NCBI GenBank assembly: GCA_964016885.1
Contig: OZ024750.1
Span: forward strand, 39,990,001 to 40,054,000
Direction: 5' to 3'
Length of the DNA: 64,000 nucleotides
From: Eledone cirrhosa
Taxonomy: Eukaryota
The notes under the pieces: model-generated
Told to the model about the DNA's origin: nothing
Databases searched by the model: none
Seen by the model: only the letters and a program-made list of their open reading frames with translations
Part shown: positions 13,760-28,120 of the stretch, in pieces
Layout: every line of letters begins with the position of its first letter
Position numbering within the stretch: the first letter of the stretch is position 1
Program-made: the position numbers and the translations under genes

Positions 13760-15830
13760 GTAAATCCTGCCGAAGTCAACTTTGCCTTGCATCCATTCAA
13801 ACTCAATAAAATAAGTACCAGTCTAATACTGGGGTCGATTCTTCCTCTATATCTCTTTCTCACTTCCTTTCTCTCGCTCTCTCTATCCTAAAAGTACCAG
13901 TCTAATACTGGGATCGATTCTTCCTCTATATCTCTTTCTCACTTCCTTTCTCTCGCTCTCTCTATCCTAAAAGTACCAGTCTAATACTGGGATCGATTCT
14001 TCCTCTATATCTCTTTCTCACTTCCTTTCTCTCACACTCTCTCTCTATCCTAAAAGTACCAGTCTAATACTGGGATCGATTCTTCCTCTATATCTCTTTC
14101 TCACTTCCTTTCTCTCACACTCTCTCTCTATCCTAAAAGTACCAGTCTAATACTGGGATCGATTCTTCCTCTATATCTCTTTCTCACTTCCTTTCTCTCG
14201 CTCTCTCTATCCTAAAAGTACCAGTCTAATACTGGGATCGATTCTTCCTCTATATCTCTTTCTCACTTCCTTTCTCTCACACTCTCTCTCTATCCTAAAA
14301 GTACCAGTCTAATACTGGGATCGATTCTTCCTCTATATCTCTTTCTCACTTCCTTTCTCTCGCTCTCTCTATCCTAAAAGTACCAGTCTAATACTGGGAT
14401 CGATTCTTCCTCTATATCTCTTTCTCACTTCCTTTCTCTCTCACTCTCTCTCTATCCTAAAAGTACCAGTCTAATACTGGGGTCGATTCTTCCTCTATAT
14501 CTCTTTCTCACTTCCTTTCTCTCACACTCTCTCTCTATCCTAAAAGTACCAGTCTAATACTGGGGTCGATTCTTCCTCTATATCTCTTTCTCACTTCCTT
14601 TCTCTCGCTCTCTCTATCCTAAAAGTACCAGTCTAATACTGGGGTCGATTCTTCCTCTATATCTCTTTCTCACTTCCTTTCTCTCGCTCTCTCTATCCTA
14701 AAAGTACCAGTCTAATACTGGGATCGATTCTTCCTCTATATCTCTTTCTCACTTCCTTTCTCTCTCACTCTCTCTCTATCCTAAAAGTACCAGTCTAATA
14801 CTGGGGTCGATTCTTCCTCTATATCTCTTTCTCACTTCCTTTCTCTCACACTCTCTCTCTATCCTAAATGTACCAGTCTAATACTGGGATCGATTCTTCC
14901 TCTATATCTCTTTCTCACTTCCTTTCTCTCACACTCTCTCTCTATCCTAAAAGTACCAGTCTAATACTGGGGTCGATTCTTCCTCTATATCTCTTTCTCA
15001 CTTCCTTTCTCTCACACTCTCTCTCTATCCTAAAAGTACCAGTCTAATACTGGGGTCGATTCTTCCTCTATATCTCTTTCTCACTTCCTTTCTCTCGCTC
15101 TCTCTATCCTAAAAGTACCAGTCTAATACTGGGTCGATTCTTCCTCTATATCTCTTTCTCACTTCCTTTCTCTCACACTCTCTCTCTATCCTAAAAGTAC
15201 CAGTCTAATACTGGGATCGATTCTTCCTCTATATCTCTTTCTCACTTCCTTTCTCTCGCTCTCTCTATCCTAAAAGTACCAGTCTAATACTGGGATCGAT
15301 TCTTCCTCTATATCTCTTTCTCACTTCCTTTCTCTCTCACTCTCTCTCTATCCTAAAAGTACCAGTCTAATACTGGGATCGATTCTTCCTCTATATCTCT
15401 TTCTCACTTCCTTTCTCTCTCACTCTCTCTCTATCCTAAAAGTACCAGTCTAATACTGGGGTCGATTCTTCCTCTATATCTCTTTCTCACTTCCTTTCTC
15501 TCGCTCTCTCTATCCTAAAAGTACCAGTCTAATACTGGGGTCGATTCTTCCTCTATATCTCTTTCTCACTTCCTTTCTCTCGCTCTCTCTATCCTAAAAG
15601 TACCAGTCTAATACTGGGATCGATTCTTCCTCTATATCTCTTTCTCACTTCCTTTCTCTCACTCTCTCTCTCTCTATCCTAAAAGTACCAGTCTAATACT
15701 GGGGTCGATTTTTCCTCTGTATCTTTCTCACTTCCTTCCTCACACCCTCTCTATCCTTCACTGGAAGAAATCTGTTATATTTAAACTTGGAGAGGAGATG
15801 GGCTCCGCCAGGTTTAGAAATACCCTAGAT
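13760..15830 (+). mobile_element. SINE with an internal 79/83-bp unit amplified ~24x
   Basis: SINE core at 13760-13812; unit AAGTACCAGTCTAATACTGGGRTCGATTCTTCCTCTATATCTCTTTCTCACTTCC.. at 13813-15720; SINE tail resumes at 15720-15830. Confidence 0.9.
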
Positions 15831-16704
15831 ATTTACTGTATTTAGACCTGTGCACTCTCTAAAAGAATTTCTGCCCTGGTTTTCCTGTTATCGGATTGTT
15901 ACTACTCTTATTTTATCGACCTTGAATGGATGAAAGGCAAAGTTGATTTCGGCGGGATTTGAACTGAGAGAGTAGAGAACCGGAACGAAATCATGCAAAA
16001 TATTCGTTCCGACGTTTTAACAGTTTAGAAGAATCTGACTCGTATGCCGCCTATTTTCCAGCACACTTTAATCGGGTTAAAATCACGTGTAGGTACTTGA
16101 GTTTCCTGCGACCCACTTGAGTAGTTTAACGGTTGGCCAGAAGAAGGGATTGTCTGTTATCTGCAATCATCTGAATATTTCGATGTCAGAAGCTCCAGTA
16201 GTTGTGGAAACTCATGGTCTAATTCACCCCCAGCTACTCCTAGTCATCACCTCCAAGAGAGGAGAGCAGCAGTCAAAACGTATAAGCCGTTATGTTATTG
16301 TTGTTGAGGCGGAGGGAGTCGCTTCATTTTGTGTGGTTAGAGAATAAACGAAAGTGTGTTATGGTAGATGTCGACGATGAAAATGGAGATGATTCAGATG
16401 AAGATATGGACTCTAGTGGCTCGTCTGATGACCAGGACAGCATTAATGGTGATTCTGGTAATGATGATTGAAAATAAAAACAAATATAACATATAATATT
16501 GTTATACTTGGGGAGGGTCATATTTGTGTAATATTGCCAGAATTAATAACAGAACACACTCACTGTTTGGTTGGTTTTCGCTTCTCGCTGTCTTTTGATA
16601 ATGGTGAAATGAAGTGTTTTTCTCAAGGACGCAACACAATCCAGGAATAGAACCCACGACATTATGATCGTAAGCACCCTTACCACTAGGCCACAGCCCT
16701 CCCC

Positions 16705-16736
<32 letters not shown>

Positions 16737-16766
16737 ATATATATAGATATATACACATGTATGTAA

Positions 16767-16816
<50 letters not shown>

Positions 16817-16854
16817 GATATATATATATATATATAGATATACAGATATATGTA

Positions 16855-16935
<81 letters not shown>

Positions 16936-17171
16936 GAAGATACTGCTAGTTAACAGAAAATATTATCATTGACCGCTGTCATGGAATGTTTACTGACATA
17001 TAAAAACATGGCCTGAAATATGCTGACAATTCAACGTTAACAACATAATTGACATAATAACAGTGAGAATCATTGGCTGACGACAGATATTTCGTGTGTG
17101 AACGTCAAAAACTAAAACAATATAATAATATGTGACTTTGGTGACAAATAGTTGATCGATGGCTTGTTAAA

Positions 17172-18303
17172 TAATTATTTCTACTTTTGGCACAAGGCCA
17201 TCAATTATTCCAGTACATTACTGGTACTTTATTTTATCGACCCCGTAAGGATGAAAGGCAAAGTTAACCTCGGCGGGATTTGAACTCAGTTCGTAAAGGG
17301 GCGTAACTATGCTGGAAAGCATGGCGTTAACCCCCTACAGATACTGCCAATCCCCCGCCCTATGATTGTCAAATAATTATTTCTACTTTTGGCACAAGGC
17401 CATCAATTATTCCAGTACATTACTGGTACTTTATTTTATCGACCCTGTAAGGATGAAAGGCAAAGTTAACCTCGGCGGGATTTGAACTCAGATCATAAAG
17501 GGAGGTAACTCTATGCTTCAAAGCATGGCGTCCGACATTCTACCGATACTGCCAATCCACCGCCTTAAATAATTGTTTCTACTTTTTGGCACAAGGCCAG
17601 CAATAACCCAGTGCATTACTGGTACTTTATTTTATCGACCCCGTAAGGATGAAAGGCAAAGTTTCGGTTGCTGAATACAATCAGGGGGTCGCTGCTTCTC
17701 CTGAAAGTCAATAGTTCTCTTCTAACTCGAGCGGGAGCCCCTTTCCATTGTCAATTAACATTGATCATCTGCGAAGCTGCATTGTTCTCAGAACCACTAC
17801 ACCAGTCTTTCTATGTACAATGGTTTCTGATTTAGACACAAGGCCAACGATTTGTGGGAAAGGGGAAAGATGATTATATCACTCCCCGTACATTACTGGT
17901 ACTTTATTTTATCGACTTCGGAAGGAGGAAAGGCAAAGCTAACGTCGGCGGGATTTGAACTCAGAACGTAAAGGACCATAACTCTATGCCGCTAAGCATG
18001 TTGTCCGACGCTCTACCGATTCTGCCAATCCAAATGATATAACTAAACTAACCAGATACATGTATATTAACAAACTAACAACAGCAACACTGAAACCAAT
18101 GATTTCTAGTTTAGGCACAAAGCCAGCGATTTTGGGGGAGAGGAAAATCGATTAAATCGACCCCAGTGCATTACTGGTGCTTTATTTATCTATCCCGTAA
18201 GGATGAAAGGCAAAGATAACCTCGGCGGGATTTGAAATCATAACATAAATGGCCATAACTCTATGCTGTGAAGCATATTGTCCGACACTCTACCGATTCT
18301 GCC
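17172..18303 (-). mobile_element. Cluster of five SINE copies or partial copies
   Basis: copies at ~17172-17360, 17373-17565, 17568-17664, 17820-18031, 18099-18303. Confidence 0.9.
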
Positions 18304-18394
18304 CTCAGTAACAACATTAATAATAATGATTTCTTCTATAGTCACAAGGAGCGATTTTACGGGCAAAACTAACCAGCAGAGTCTCGGGGGTTGG

Positions 18395-18748
18395 ATCAAG
18401 ACTAGTGTTGGCTCAAGACTGGTGTTGGCTCAAGACTGGTGTTGACTCAAGACTGGTGTTGACTCAAGGTTGCTGTTGACTCAAGGCTGCTGTTGACTCA
18501 AGGCTGCTGTTGACTCAAGGCTGCTGTGGATTCAAGACTGCTGTAGACTCAAGGCTGCTGTTGACTCAAGACTGGTGTTGACTCAAGACTGGTGTTGTCT
18601 CAAGGTTTCTGTTGACTCAAGGCTGCTGTGGAATAAAGACTGCTGTTGACTCAAGGTTGCTGTTGACTCAAGACTGCTGTTGACTCAAGACTGGTGTTGT
18701 CTCAAGGCTGTTGTTGACTAAAGACTGGTATTGATTCAAGGCTACTGT
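18395..18748. repeat. 17-bp minisatellite, ~20 copies
   Basis: unit GTTGACTCAAGRCTGST. Confidence 0.9.
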
Positions 18749-19275
18749 AAAAAGCCCTTACCAAAGATTCAATAGAGTAGGGTAAAATTCAGAGCCTTAT
18801 GTTAGTGAGTCTAACTCATTAACGATTTAGCCGTGCTGTATCCACTATAACAGATGTTATTTTATGTTTAAGAGCAAGAGATATTGTTTCAAAAGACATT
18901 CAAACTGAATTGATCAATCCTACAAAGTTTATTATATTTTTATTTTCATTGTAGTTTATTGCTTAAGTTTAGCCAGGAATGATGCATGAGTATTTAAGGT
19001 CATAGTTAAGCTCTACAATGTGCACCCCTTTCTCCCAAATAATTTCAACTTTGGTAAGCTGATGAATCTAGTTTTTGACACTTTTGCCTTAGCTACACTA
19101 AGAAAAAATACTAAGCCTGCATTTTCCACTACATATTTCACACTCACTCATGCTAAATCCTGTTACAGGTCATAACATCATACGACCCTCTACACCGCTT
19201 CAGATATTTCTACAATGCTGTTACGCTGAAAACACATTTAAGGACGTATGTTTATTTAATATGAATATAGACATT

Positions 19276-19309
<34 letters not shown>

Positions 19310-19374
19310 CCCCTCTCTCTCTCTCTCCATCTCTCTGAGGTAAGCGCCCTAGTTAGCTGCCCATTTGGCCTTAA

Positions 19375-22300
19375 TGGTAGCGACAGCTTTGAGTGTAGGT
19401 AGTTCAGGAATGATCCTCCCTACACTCTACATGTAGCCAGCCTTGAGTGTAGGTAGTTCAAAAATGAGCCTCCCTACACTCTACATGTAGCCTACCTTGA
19501 GTGTAGGTAGTTCAAAAATGAGCCTCCCTACACTCTACATGTAGCCTACCTTGAGTGTAGGTAGTTCAGGAATGAGCCTCCTCACACTCTACATGTAGCC
19601 TACCTTGAGTGTAGATAGTTCAGGAGTGAGCCTCCTCACACTCTACATGTAGCCAGCCTTGAGTGTAGGTAGTTCAGGAGTGAGCCTCCTCACACTCTAC
19701 ATGTAGCCAGCCTTGAGTGTAAGTAGTTCAGGAGTGAGCCTCCTCACACTCTACATGTAGCCAGCCTTGAGTGTAAGTAGTTCAGGAATGAGCCTCCTCA
19801 CACTCTACATGTAGCCAGCCTTGAGTGTAAGTAGTTCAGGAGTGAGCCTCCTCACACTCTACATGTAGCCAGTCTTGAGTGTAGGTAGTTCAGGAGTGAG
19901 CCTCCTCACACTCTACATGTAGCCAGTCTTGAGTGTAGGTAGTTCAGGAGTGAGCCTCCTCACACTCTACATGTAGCCAGCCTTGAGTTTAGATAGTTCA
20001 GGAATGAACCTCCTCACACTCTACATGTAGCCAGCTTTGAGTGTAGGTAGTCCAGGTGTGAGCCTTCCCACACTCTACATGTAGCCAGCCTTGAGTGTAG
20101 GTAGTTCAGGAGTGAGCCTTCCCACACTCTACATGTAGCCAGCCTTGAGTGCAGGTAGTCCAGGTGTGAGCCTTCCCACACTCTACATGTAGCCAGCCTT
20201 GAGTGTAGGTAGTTCAGGAGTGAGCCTCCACACACTTTACATGTAGCCAGCCTTGAGTGTAGGTAGTTCAGGATTGAGCCTTACCACACCCTACATGTAG
20301 CCAGCCTTGAGTGTAGGTAGTTCAGGAATAAGCCTCCTCACACTCTACATGTAGCCAGCCTTGAATGTAGATAGTTCAGGAATGAGCCTCCTCACACTCT
20401 ACATGTAGCCATCCTTGAGTGTAGGTAGTTCAGGAATGAGCCTTCCCACACTCTACATGTAGCCAGCTTTGAGTGTAGGTAGTTCAGGATTGAGCCTTCC
20501 CACACCCTACATGTAGCCAGCCTTGCCTTGAGTGTAGGTAGTTCAGGAGTTAGCCTCCCCACACTCTACATGTAGCAAGCCTTGAGTGTAGGTAGTTCAG
20601 GATTGAGCCTCCATACACTCTACATGTAGCCAGCCTTGAGTTTAGGTAGTTCAGGAATGAGCCTCCACACACTCTACATGTAGCCAGCCTTGAGTGTATG
20701 TAGTTCAGGATTGAGCCTTCCCACACCCTACATGTAGCCAGCCTTGAGTGTAGGTAGTTCAGGAGTGAGCCTCCCCACACTCTACATGTAGCCATCCTTG
20801 AGTGTAGGTAGTTCAGGAGTGAGCCTTCCCATATCTACATGTAGCCAGCTTTGAGTGTAGGTAGTTCAGGAATGAGCCTCCCCACACTCAACATGTAGCC
20901 AGCCTTGAGTGTGGGTAGTTCAGGAGTGAGCCTCCACACACTCTACATGTAGCCATCCTTGAGTGTAGGTAGTTCAGGAGTGAGCCTCCCCACACTCTAC
21001 ATGTAGCCATTCTTGAGTGTAGGTAGTTCAGGAGTGAGCCTCCCCACACTCTACATGTAGTCAGCCTTGAGTGTAGGTAGTTCAGGAGTGAGCCTCCACA
21101 CACTCTACATGTAGCCTACCTTGAATGTAGGTAATTCAGGAATGAGCCTCCTCGCACTCTACTTGTAGCCTACCTTGAGTGTAGGTAGTTCAGGAATGAG
21201 CCTCCTCACACTCTACATGTAGCCTACCTTGAGTGTAGGTAGTTCAGGAATGAGCCTCCTCACACTCTACATGTAGCCTACCTTGAGTGTAGATAGTTCA
21301 GGAGTGAGCCTCCTCACACTCTACATGTAGCCAGCCTTGAGTGAAGATAGTTCAGGAGTGAGCCTCCTCACACTCTACATGTAGCCAGCCTTGAGTGTAA
21401 GTAGTTCAGGAGTGAGCCTCCTCACACTCTACATGTAGCCAGCCTTGAGTGTAAGTAGTTCAGGAATGAGCCTCCTCACACTCTACATGTAGCCAGCCTT
21501 GAGTGTAAGTAGTTCAGGAGTGAGCCTCCTCACACTCTACATGTAGCCAGTCTTGAGTGTAGGTAGTTCAGGAGTGAGCCTCCTCACACTCTACATGTAG
21601 CCAGTCTTGAGTGTAGGTAGTTCAGGAGTGAGCCTCCTCACACTCTACATGTAGCCAGCCTTGAGTTTAGATAGTTCAGGAATGAACCTACTCACACTCT
21701 ACATGTAGCGAGCTTTGAGTGTAGGTAGTTCAGGAGTGAGCCTTCCCACACTGTACATGTAGCCAGCCTTGAGTGCAGGTAGTCCAGGAGTGAGCCTTCC
21801 CACACTCTACATGTAGCCAGCCTTGAGTGTAGGTAGTTCAGGAGTGAGCCTTCCCACACTCTACATGTAGCCAGCCTTGAGTGTAGGTAGTTCAGGAGTG
21901 AGCCTCCACACACTGTACATGTAGCCAGCCTTGAGTGCAGGTAGTCCAGGAGTGAGCCTTACCACACTCTACATGTAGCCAGCCTTGAGTGTAGGTAGTT
22001 CAGGAATAAGCCTCCTCACACTCTACATGTAGCCAGCCTTGAATGTAGATAGTTCAGGAATGAACCTCCTCACACTCTACATGTAGCCATCCTTGAGTGT
22101 AGGTAGTTCAGGAATGAGCCTTCCCACACTCTACATGTAGCCAGCTTTGAGTGTAGGTAGTTCAGGATTGAGCCTTCCCACACCCTACATGTAGCCAGCC
22201 TTGCCTTGAGTGTAGGTAGTTCAGGAGTTAGCCTCCCCACACTCTACATGTAGCAAGCCTTGAGTGTAGGTAGTTCAGGATTGAGCCTCCACACACTCTA

Positions 22301-25300
22301 CATGTAGCCAGCCTTGAGTGTATGTAGTTCAGGATTGAGCCTTCCCACACCCTACATGTAGCCAGCCTTGAGTGTAGGTAGTTCAGGAGTGAGCCTCCCC
22401 ACACTCTACATGTAGCCATCCTTGAGTGTAGGTAGTTCAGGAGTGAGCCTTCCCATATCTACATGTAGCCAGCTTTGAGTGTAGGTAGTTCAGGAATGAG
22501 CCTCCCCACACTCAACATGTAGCCAGCCTTGAGTGTGGGTAGTTCAGGAGTGAGCCTCCACACACTCTACATGTAGCCATCCTTGAGTGTAGGTAGTTCA
22601 GGAGTGAGCCTCCCCACACTCTACATGTAGCCATTCTTGAGTGTAGGTAGTTCAGGAGTGAGCCTCCCCACACTCTACATGTAGTCAGCCTTGAGTGTAG
22701 GTAGTTCAGGATTGAGCCTTACCACACCCTACATGTAGCCAGCCTTGAGTGTAGGTAGTTCAGGAATAAGCCTCCTCACACTCTACATGTAGCCAGCCTT
22801 GAATGTAGATAGTTCAGGAATGAGCCTCCTCACACTCTACATGTAGCCATCCTTGAGTGTAGGTAGTTCAGGAATGAGCCTTCCCACACTCTACATGTAG
22901 CCAGCTTTGAGTGTAGGTAGTTCAGGATTGAGCCTTCCCACACCCTACATGTAGCCAGCCTTGCCTTGAGTGTAGGTAGTTCAGGAGTTAGCCTCCCCAC
23001 ACTCTACATGTAGCAAGCCTTGAGTGTAGGTAGTTCAGGATTGAGCCTCCATACACTCTACATGTAGCCAGCCTTGAGTTTAGGTAGTTCAGGAATGAGC
23101 CCCCACACACTCTACATGTAGCCAGCCTTGAGTGTATGTAGTTCAGGATTGAGCCTTCCCACACCCTACATGTAGCCAGCCTTGAGTGTAGGTAGTTCAG
23201 GAGTGAGCCTCCCCACACTCTACATGTAGCCATCCTTGAGTGTAGGTAGTTCAGGAGTGAGCCTTCCCATATCTACATGTAGCCAGCTTTGAGTGTAGGT
23301 AGTTCAGGAATGAGCCTCCCCACACTCAACATGTAGCCAGCCTTGAGTGTGGGTAGTTCAGGAGTGAGCCTCCACACACTCTACATGTAGCCATCCTTGA
23401 GTGTAGGTAGTTCAGGAGTGAGCCTCCCCACACTCTACATGTAGCCATTCTTGAGTGTAGGTAGTTCAGGAGTGAGCCTCCCCACACTCTACATGTAGTC
23501 AGCCTTGAGTGTAGGTAGTTCAGGAGTGAGCCTCCACACACTCTACATGTAGCCTACCTTGAATGTAGGTAATTCAGGAATGAGCCTCCTCGCACTCTAC
23601 TTGTAGCCTACCTTGAGTGTAGGTAGTTCAGGAATGAGCCTCCTCACACTCTACATGTAGCCTACCTTGAGTGTAGGTAGTTCAGGAATGAGCCTCCTCA
23701 CACTCTACATGTAGCCTACCTTGAGTGTAGATAGTTCAGGAGTGAGCCTCCTCACACTCTACATGTAGCCAGCCTTGAGTGTAGATAGTTCAGGAGTGAG
23801 CCTCCTCACACTCTACATGTAGCCAGCCTTGAGTGTAAGTAGTTCAGGAGTGAGCCTCCTCACACTCTACATGTAGCCAGCCTTGAGTGTAAGTATTTCA
23901 GGAATGAGCCTCCTCACACTCTACATGTAGCCAGCCTTGAGTGTAAGTAGTTCAGGAGTGAGCCTCCTCACACTCTACATGTAGCCAGTCTTGAGTGTAG
24001 GTAGTTCAGGAGTGAGCCTCCTCACACTCTACATGTAGCCAGCCTTGAGTTTAGATAGTTCAGGAATGAACCTCCTCACACTCTACATGTAGCCAGCTTT
24101 GAGTGTAGGTAGTTCAGGAGTGAGCCTTCCCACACTGTACATGTAGCCAGCCTTGAGTGCAGGTAGTCCAGGAGTGAGCCTTCCCACACTCTACATGTAG
24201 CCAGCCTTGAGTGTAGGTAGTTCAGGAGTGAGCCTTCCCACACTCTACATGTAGCCAGCCTTGAGTGTAGGTAGTTCAGGAGTGAGCCTCCACACACTGT
24301 ACATGTAGCCAGCCTTGAGTGCAGGTAGTCCAGGAGTGAGCCTTACCACACTCTACATGTAGCCAGCCTTGAGTGTAGGTAGTTCAGGAATAAGCCTCCT
24401 CACACTCTACATGTAGCCAGCCTTGAATGTAGATAGTTCAGGAATGAGCCTCCTCACACTCTACATGTAGCCATCCTTGAGTGTAGGTAGTTCAGGAATG
24501 AGCCTTCCCACACTCTACATGTAGCCAGCTTTGAGTGTAGGTAGTTCAGGATTGAGCCTTCCCACACCCTACATGTAGCCAGCCTTGCCTTGAGTGTAGG
24601 TAGTTCAGGAGTTAGCCTCCCCACACTCTACATGTAGCAAGCCTTGAGTGTAGGTAGTTCAGGATTGAGCCTCCACACACTCTACATGTAGCCAGCCTTG
24701 AGTGTATGTAGTTCAGGATTGAGCCTTCCCACACCCTACATGTAGCCAGCCTTGAGTGTAGGTAGTTCAGGAGTGAGCCTCCCCACACTCTACATGTAGC
24801 CATCCTTGAGTGTAGGTAGTTCAGGAGTGAGCCTTCCCATATCTACATGTAGCCAGCTTTGAGTGTAGGTAGTTCAGGAATGAGCCTCCCCACACTCAAC
24901 ATGTAGCCAGCCTTGAGTGTGGGTAGTTCAGGAGTGAGCCTCCACACACTCTACATGTAGCCATCCTTGAGTGTAGGTAGTTCAGGAGTGAGCCTCCCCA
25001 CACTCTACATGTAGCCATTCTTGAGTGTAGGTAGTTCAGGAGTGAGCCTCCACACACTTTACATGTAGCCAGCCTTGAGTGTAGGTAGTTCAGGATTGAG
25101 CCTTACCACACCCTACATGTAGCCAGCCTTGAGTGTAGGTAGTTCAGGAATAAGCCTCCTCACACTCTACATGTAGCCAGCCTTGAATGTAGATAGTTCA
25201 GGAATGAGCCTCCTCACACTCTACATGTAGCCATCCTTGAGTGTAGGTAGTTCAGGAATGAGCCTTCCCACACTCTACATGTAGCCAGCTTTGAGTGTAG

Positions 25301-26312
25301 GTAGTTCAGGATTGAGCCTTCCCACACCCTACATGTAGCCAGCCTTGCCTTGAGTGTAGGTAGTTCAGGAGTTAGCCTCCCCACACTCTACATGTAGCAA
25401 GCCTTGAGTGTAGGTAGTTCAGGATTGAGCCTCCATACACTCTACATGTAGCCAGCCTTGAGTTTAGGTAGTTCAGGAATGAGCCTCCACACACTCTACA
25501 TGTAGCCAGCCTTGAGTGTATGTAGTTCAGGATTGAGCCTTCCCACACCCTACATGTAGCCAGCCTTGAGTGTAGGTAGTTCAGGAGTGAGCCTCCCCAC
25601 ACTCTACATGTAGCCATCCTTGAGTGTAGGTAGTTCAGGAGTGAGCCTTCCCATATCTACATGTAGCCAGCTTTGAGTGTAGGTAGTTCAGGAATGAGCC
25701 TCCCCACACTCAACATGTAGCCAGCCTTGAGTGTGGGTAGTTCAGGAGTGAGCCTCCACACACTCTACATGTAGCCATCCTTGAGTGTAGGTAGTTCAGG
25801 AGTGAGCCTCCCCACACTCTACATGTAGCCATTCTTGAGTGTAGGTAGTTCAGGAGTGAGCCTCCCCACACTCTACATGTAGTCAGCCTTGAGTGTAGGT
25901 AGTTCAGGAGTGAGCCTCCACACACTCTACATGTAGCCTACCTTGAATGTAGGTAATTCAGGAATGAGCCTCCTCGCACTCTACTTGTAGCCAGCCTTGA
26001 GTGTAGGTAGTTCAAGAGTGAGCCTTCCCACACTCTACATGTAGCCTACCTTGAATGTAGGTAGTTCAGGAATGAGCCTTCCCACACTCTACATGTAGCC
26101 AGCCTTGAATGTAGGTAGTTCAGGAATGAACCTCCTTACACTCTACATGTAGCCAGCCTTGAGTGTAGGTAGTTCAGGAATGAGCCTCCCCACACTCAAC
26201 ATGTAGCCAGCCTTGAGTGTAGGTAGTTCAGGAGTGAGCCTCCCCACACTCTACATGTAGCTATCCTTGAGTGTAGGTAGTTCAGGAGTGAGCCTCCACA
26301 CACTCTACATGT
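19375..26312. repeat. 54-bp satellite, ~128 copies, with ~2.4-kb higher-order repeat
   Basis: unit CACACTCTACATGTAGCCAGCCTTGAGTGTAGGTAGTTCAGGAGTGAGCCTCCT; matching ORFs at 20550, 22988 and 25372. Confidence 0.97.
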
Positions 26313-26952
26313 ATCGGCAAGCTCAAACACGCTGATGACAACATAGTTATTTACCAGAGTCGTCACTTGAATTGTTTGTGCTTAACTCTATTATGGCTCA
26401 AATGTCGTCCATTACACATTTTCTTTCTTTGTTTTATTATTCCTCCTTTCTCAGTCGTTTCACCAGGAATCAGATACACAATTGCAATGCTCCTAGTCAT
26501 TTGTTATTTGCAGTGATGTCAGCGACGATAGCAGAGACAAGTCTAAACATATGTGAAAATAATTCCTTAACTAGGCCGTCTACCTCTTCTCTTTTACTCT
26601 TCTCCCACAGCGTCGTGAAACTATTTCAAGCCTCCATACCAACAACATTACCCTCGCTGTTCCCATCAGTCTCTATGGACTAATTAGTCCTCTCCCAGAG
26701 AGCTTTGTAAAGGAGGCCGAAAGGCCTCACCAGAGTATTTTATATCACTATTTCTAAACAAAAACCTCGTTGGTTGCAGGTTTCCAGCGAGCCGATCACC
26801 GGGTCACATCAAAGAACACGGTTTTGCCAAGGTCGTTTATATATATATATATATAGGAAAAGAGTCAGAACCCCGACGGCAGAGCTCAAGTCGTTTCGAC
26901 AGTTATTTCTGGTGCGTTATGGTCCACCTGGTTCCTTACCACACTTCCTTCG

Positions 26953-27013
<61 letters not shown>

Positions 27014-27017
<4 letters not shown>

Positions 27018-27962
27018 CCAGTGGGTGTAACTAGGAGTTACTGCAGGTTCACTCGGGTGAGCACTCGATGTTTAGGTTCACTTCTGTGATGATGTGTAGA
27101 GCTATACAGAGTGTAAAATATAGAAAGGATAAAAAGGACGATTGATTATTCCTTCATTGCATTTATTGATAGGTGACGCGCGTTTCGTCACTGATCAGCT
27201 CAAGGTTCGATCTATATCGATCCTACCCGACTCAATAATCGGCAGCTCGACGGACCCTCTTAAAATGCTATAAGAAAATGAAATACATGCTATGTGGTAA
27301 AGTCAGAGTTTCAAGAGTTTGACAAAATGAGATCTTATGTTGTGTGTGTTTATACATATATGTGTGTACGTATACTTATATACAAGGTATCTGTCAGACG
27401 AAGAGCGTCTAACTATGTATCTATGTAAGGACCTGACGCCACCAATACATCCACCACACCATCAAAAACGCCGCTACCATAGACAAAGGCACCACTACCA
27501 CACCCCCACCCACACGCCAACCCGTCTACTGACAATCCACTAACCTCACACCACAGCCCATCCCACTAAATAACCTTAACCACCACCATATCTTCACATC
27601 CACCCCCACATACTCTACACGCCGAGTCCAACCCACAACCACCACACCACAGCCCACCTCATCCACAGACCGTCACCAACATCTCACCATCACACCCACC
27701 CCTATATACACTACAGGCCAGTACATCGCCTTGATCCTTCTCACCAATCAAAACATCTCATTTTGTCAAACTCTTGAAACTCTGACTTTACCACATAGCA
27801 TGTATTTCATTTTCTTATAGCATTTTAAGAGGGTCCGCCGAGCTGCCGATTATTGAGTCGGGTAGGATCGATATAGATCGAACCTTGAGCTGATCAGTGG
27901 CGAAACGCGCGTCACCTATCAATAAATGCAATGAAGGAATAATCAATCGTCCTTTTTATCCT

Positions 27963-27969
<7 letters not shown>
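27014..27969 (-). mobile_element. PLE-like element with ~215-bp inverted arms between (TA)n runs
   Basis: 27119-27335 is the reverse complement of 27755-27969; unpaired tail 27014-27118; diverged sister copy at 39222-39530. Confidence 0.8.
27831..27917 (+). ncRNA. Hammerhead-like motif with variant core (CCGYCGA) and ~60-nt stem-loop II
   Basis: gggt CCGCCGA gctgc...gtggc GAAA cgcgc GTC acct; copies with CCGTCGA at 27171-27257 (-) and 39378-39464 (-). Confidence 0.55.
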
Positions 27970-28004
<35 letters not shown>

Positions 28005-28120
28005 TAGCAAGGATCGTATTTTGGCTATTGGAAATTAGCGAAAGACACCTTCCGAGGAGTGAGGTAAGCGTTCCATAGAAGCTAGTGTTCTAGAGCAACA
28101 ACGTAAGTTAAGAGGTCAAA

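Noticed and set aside
18955-19058. AG...ATG...GTAAG exon-like segment
   Set aside because: Only 12 codons and no partner exons; chance-level evidence
4065-26312. Regular arrays that might suggest CRISPR
   Set aside because: Head-to-tail units with no unique spacers, no cas genes, eukaryotic context
26332-26380. CTGATGA motif (also at ~19039)
   Set aside because: No stem II/GAAA/NUH in register
26713-26728. GAGGCC-GAAA-GGCCTC hairpin resembling hammerhead stem II
   Set aside because: No CUGANGA before it and no GAAA..UH after it
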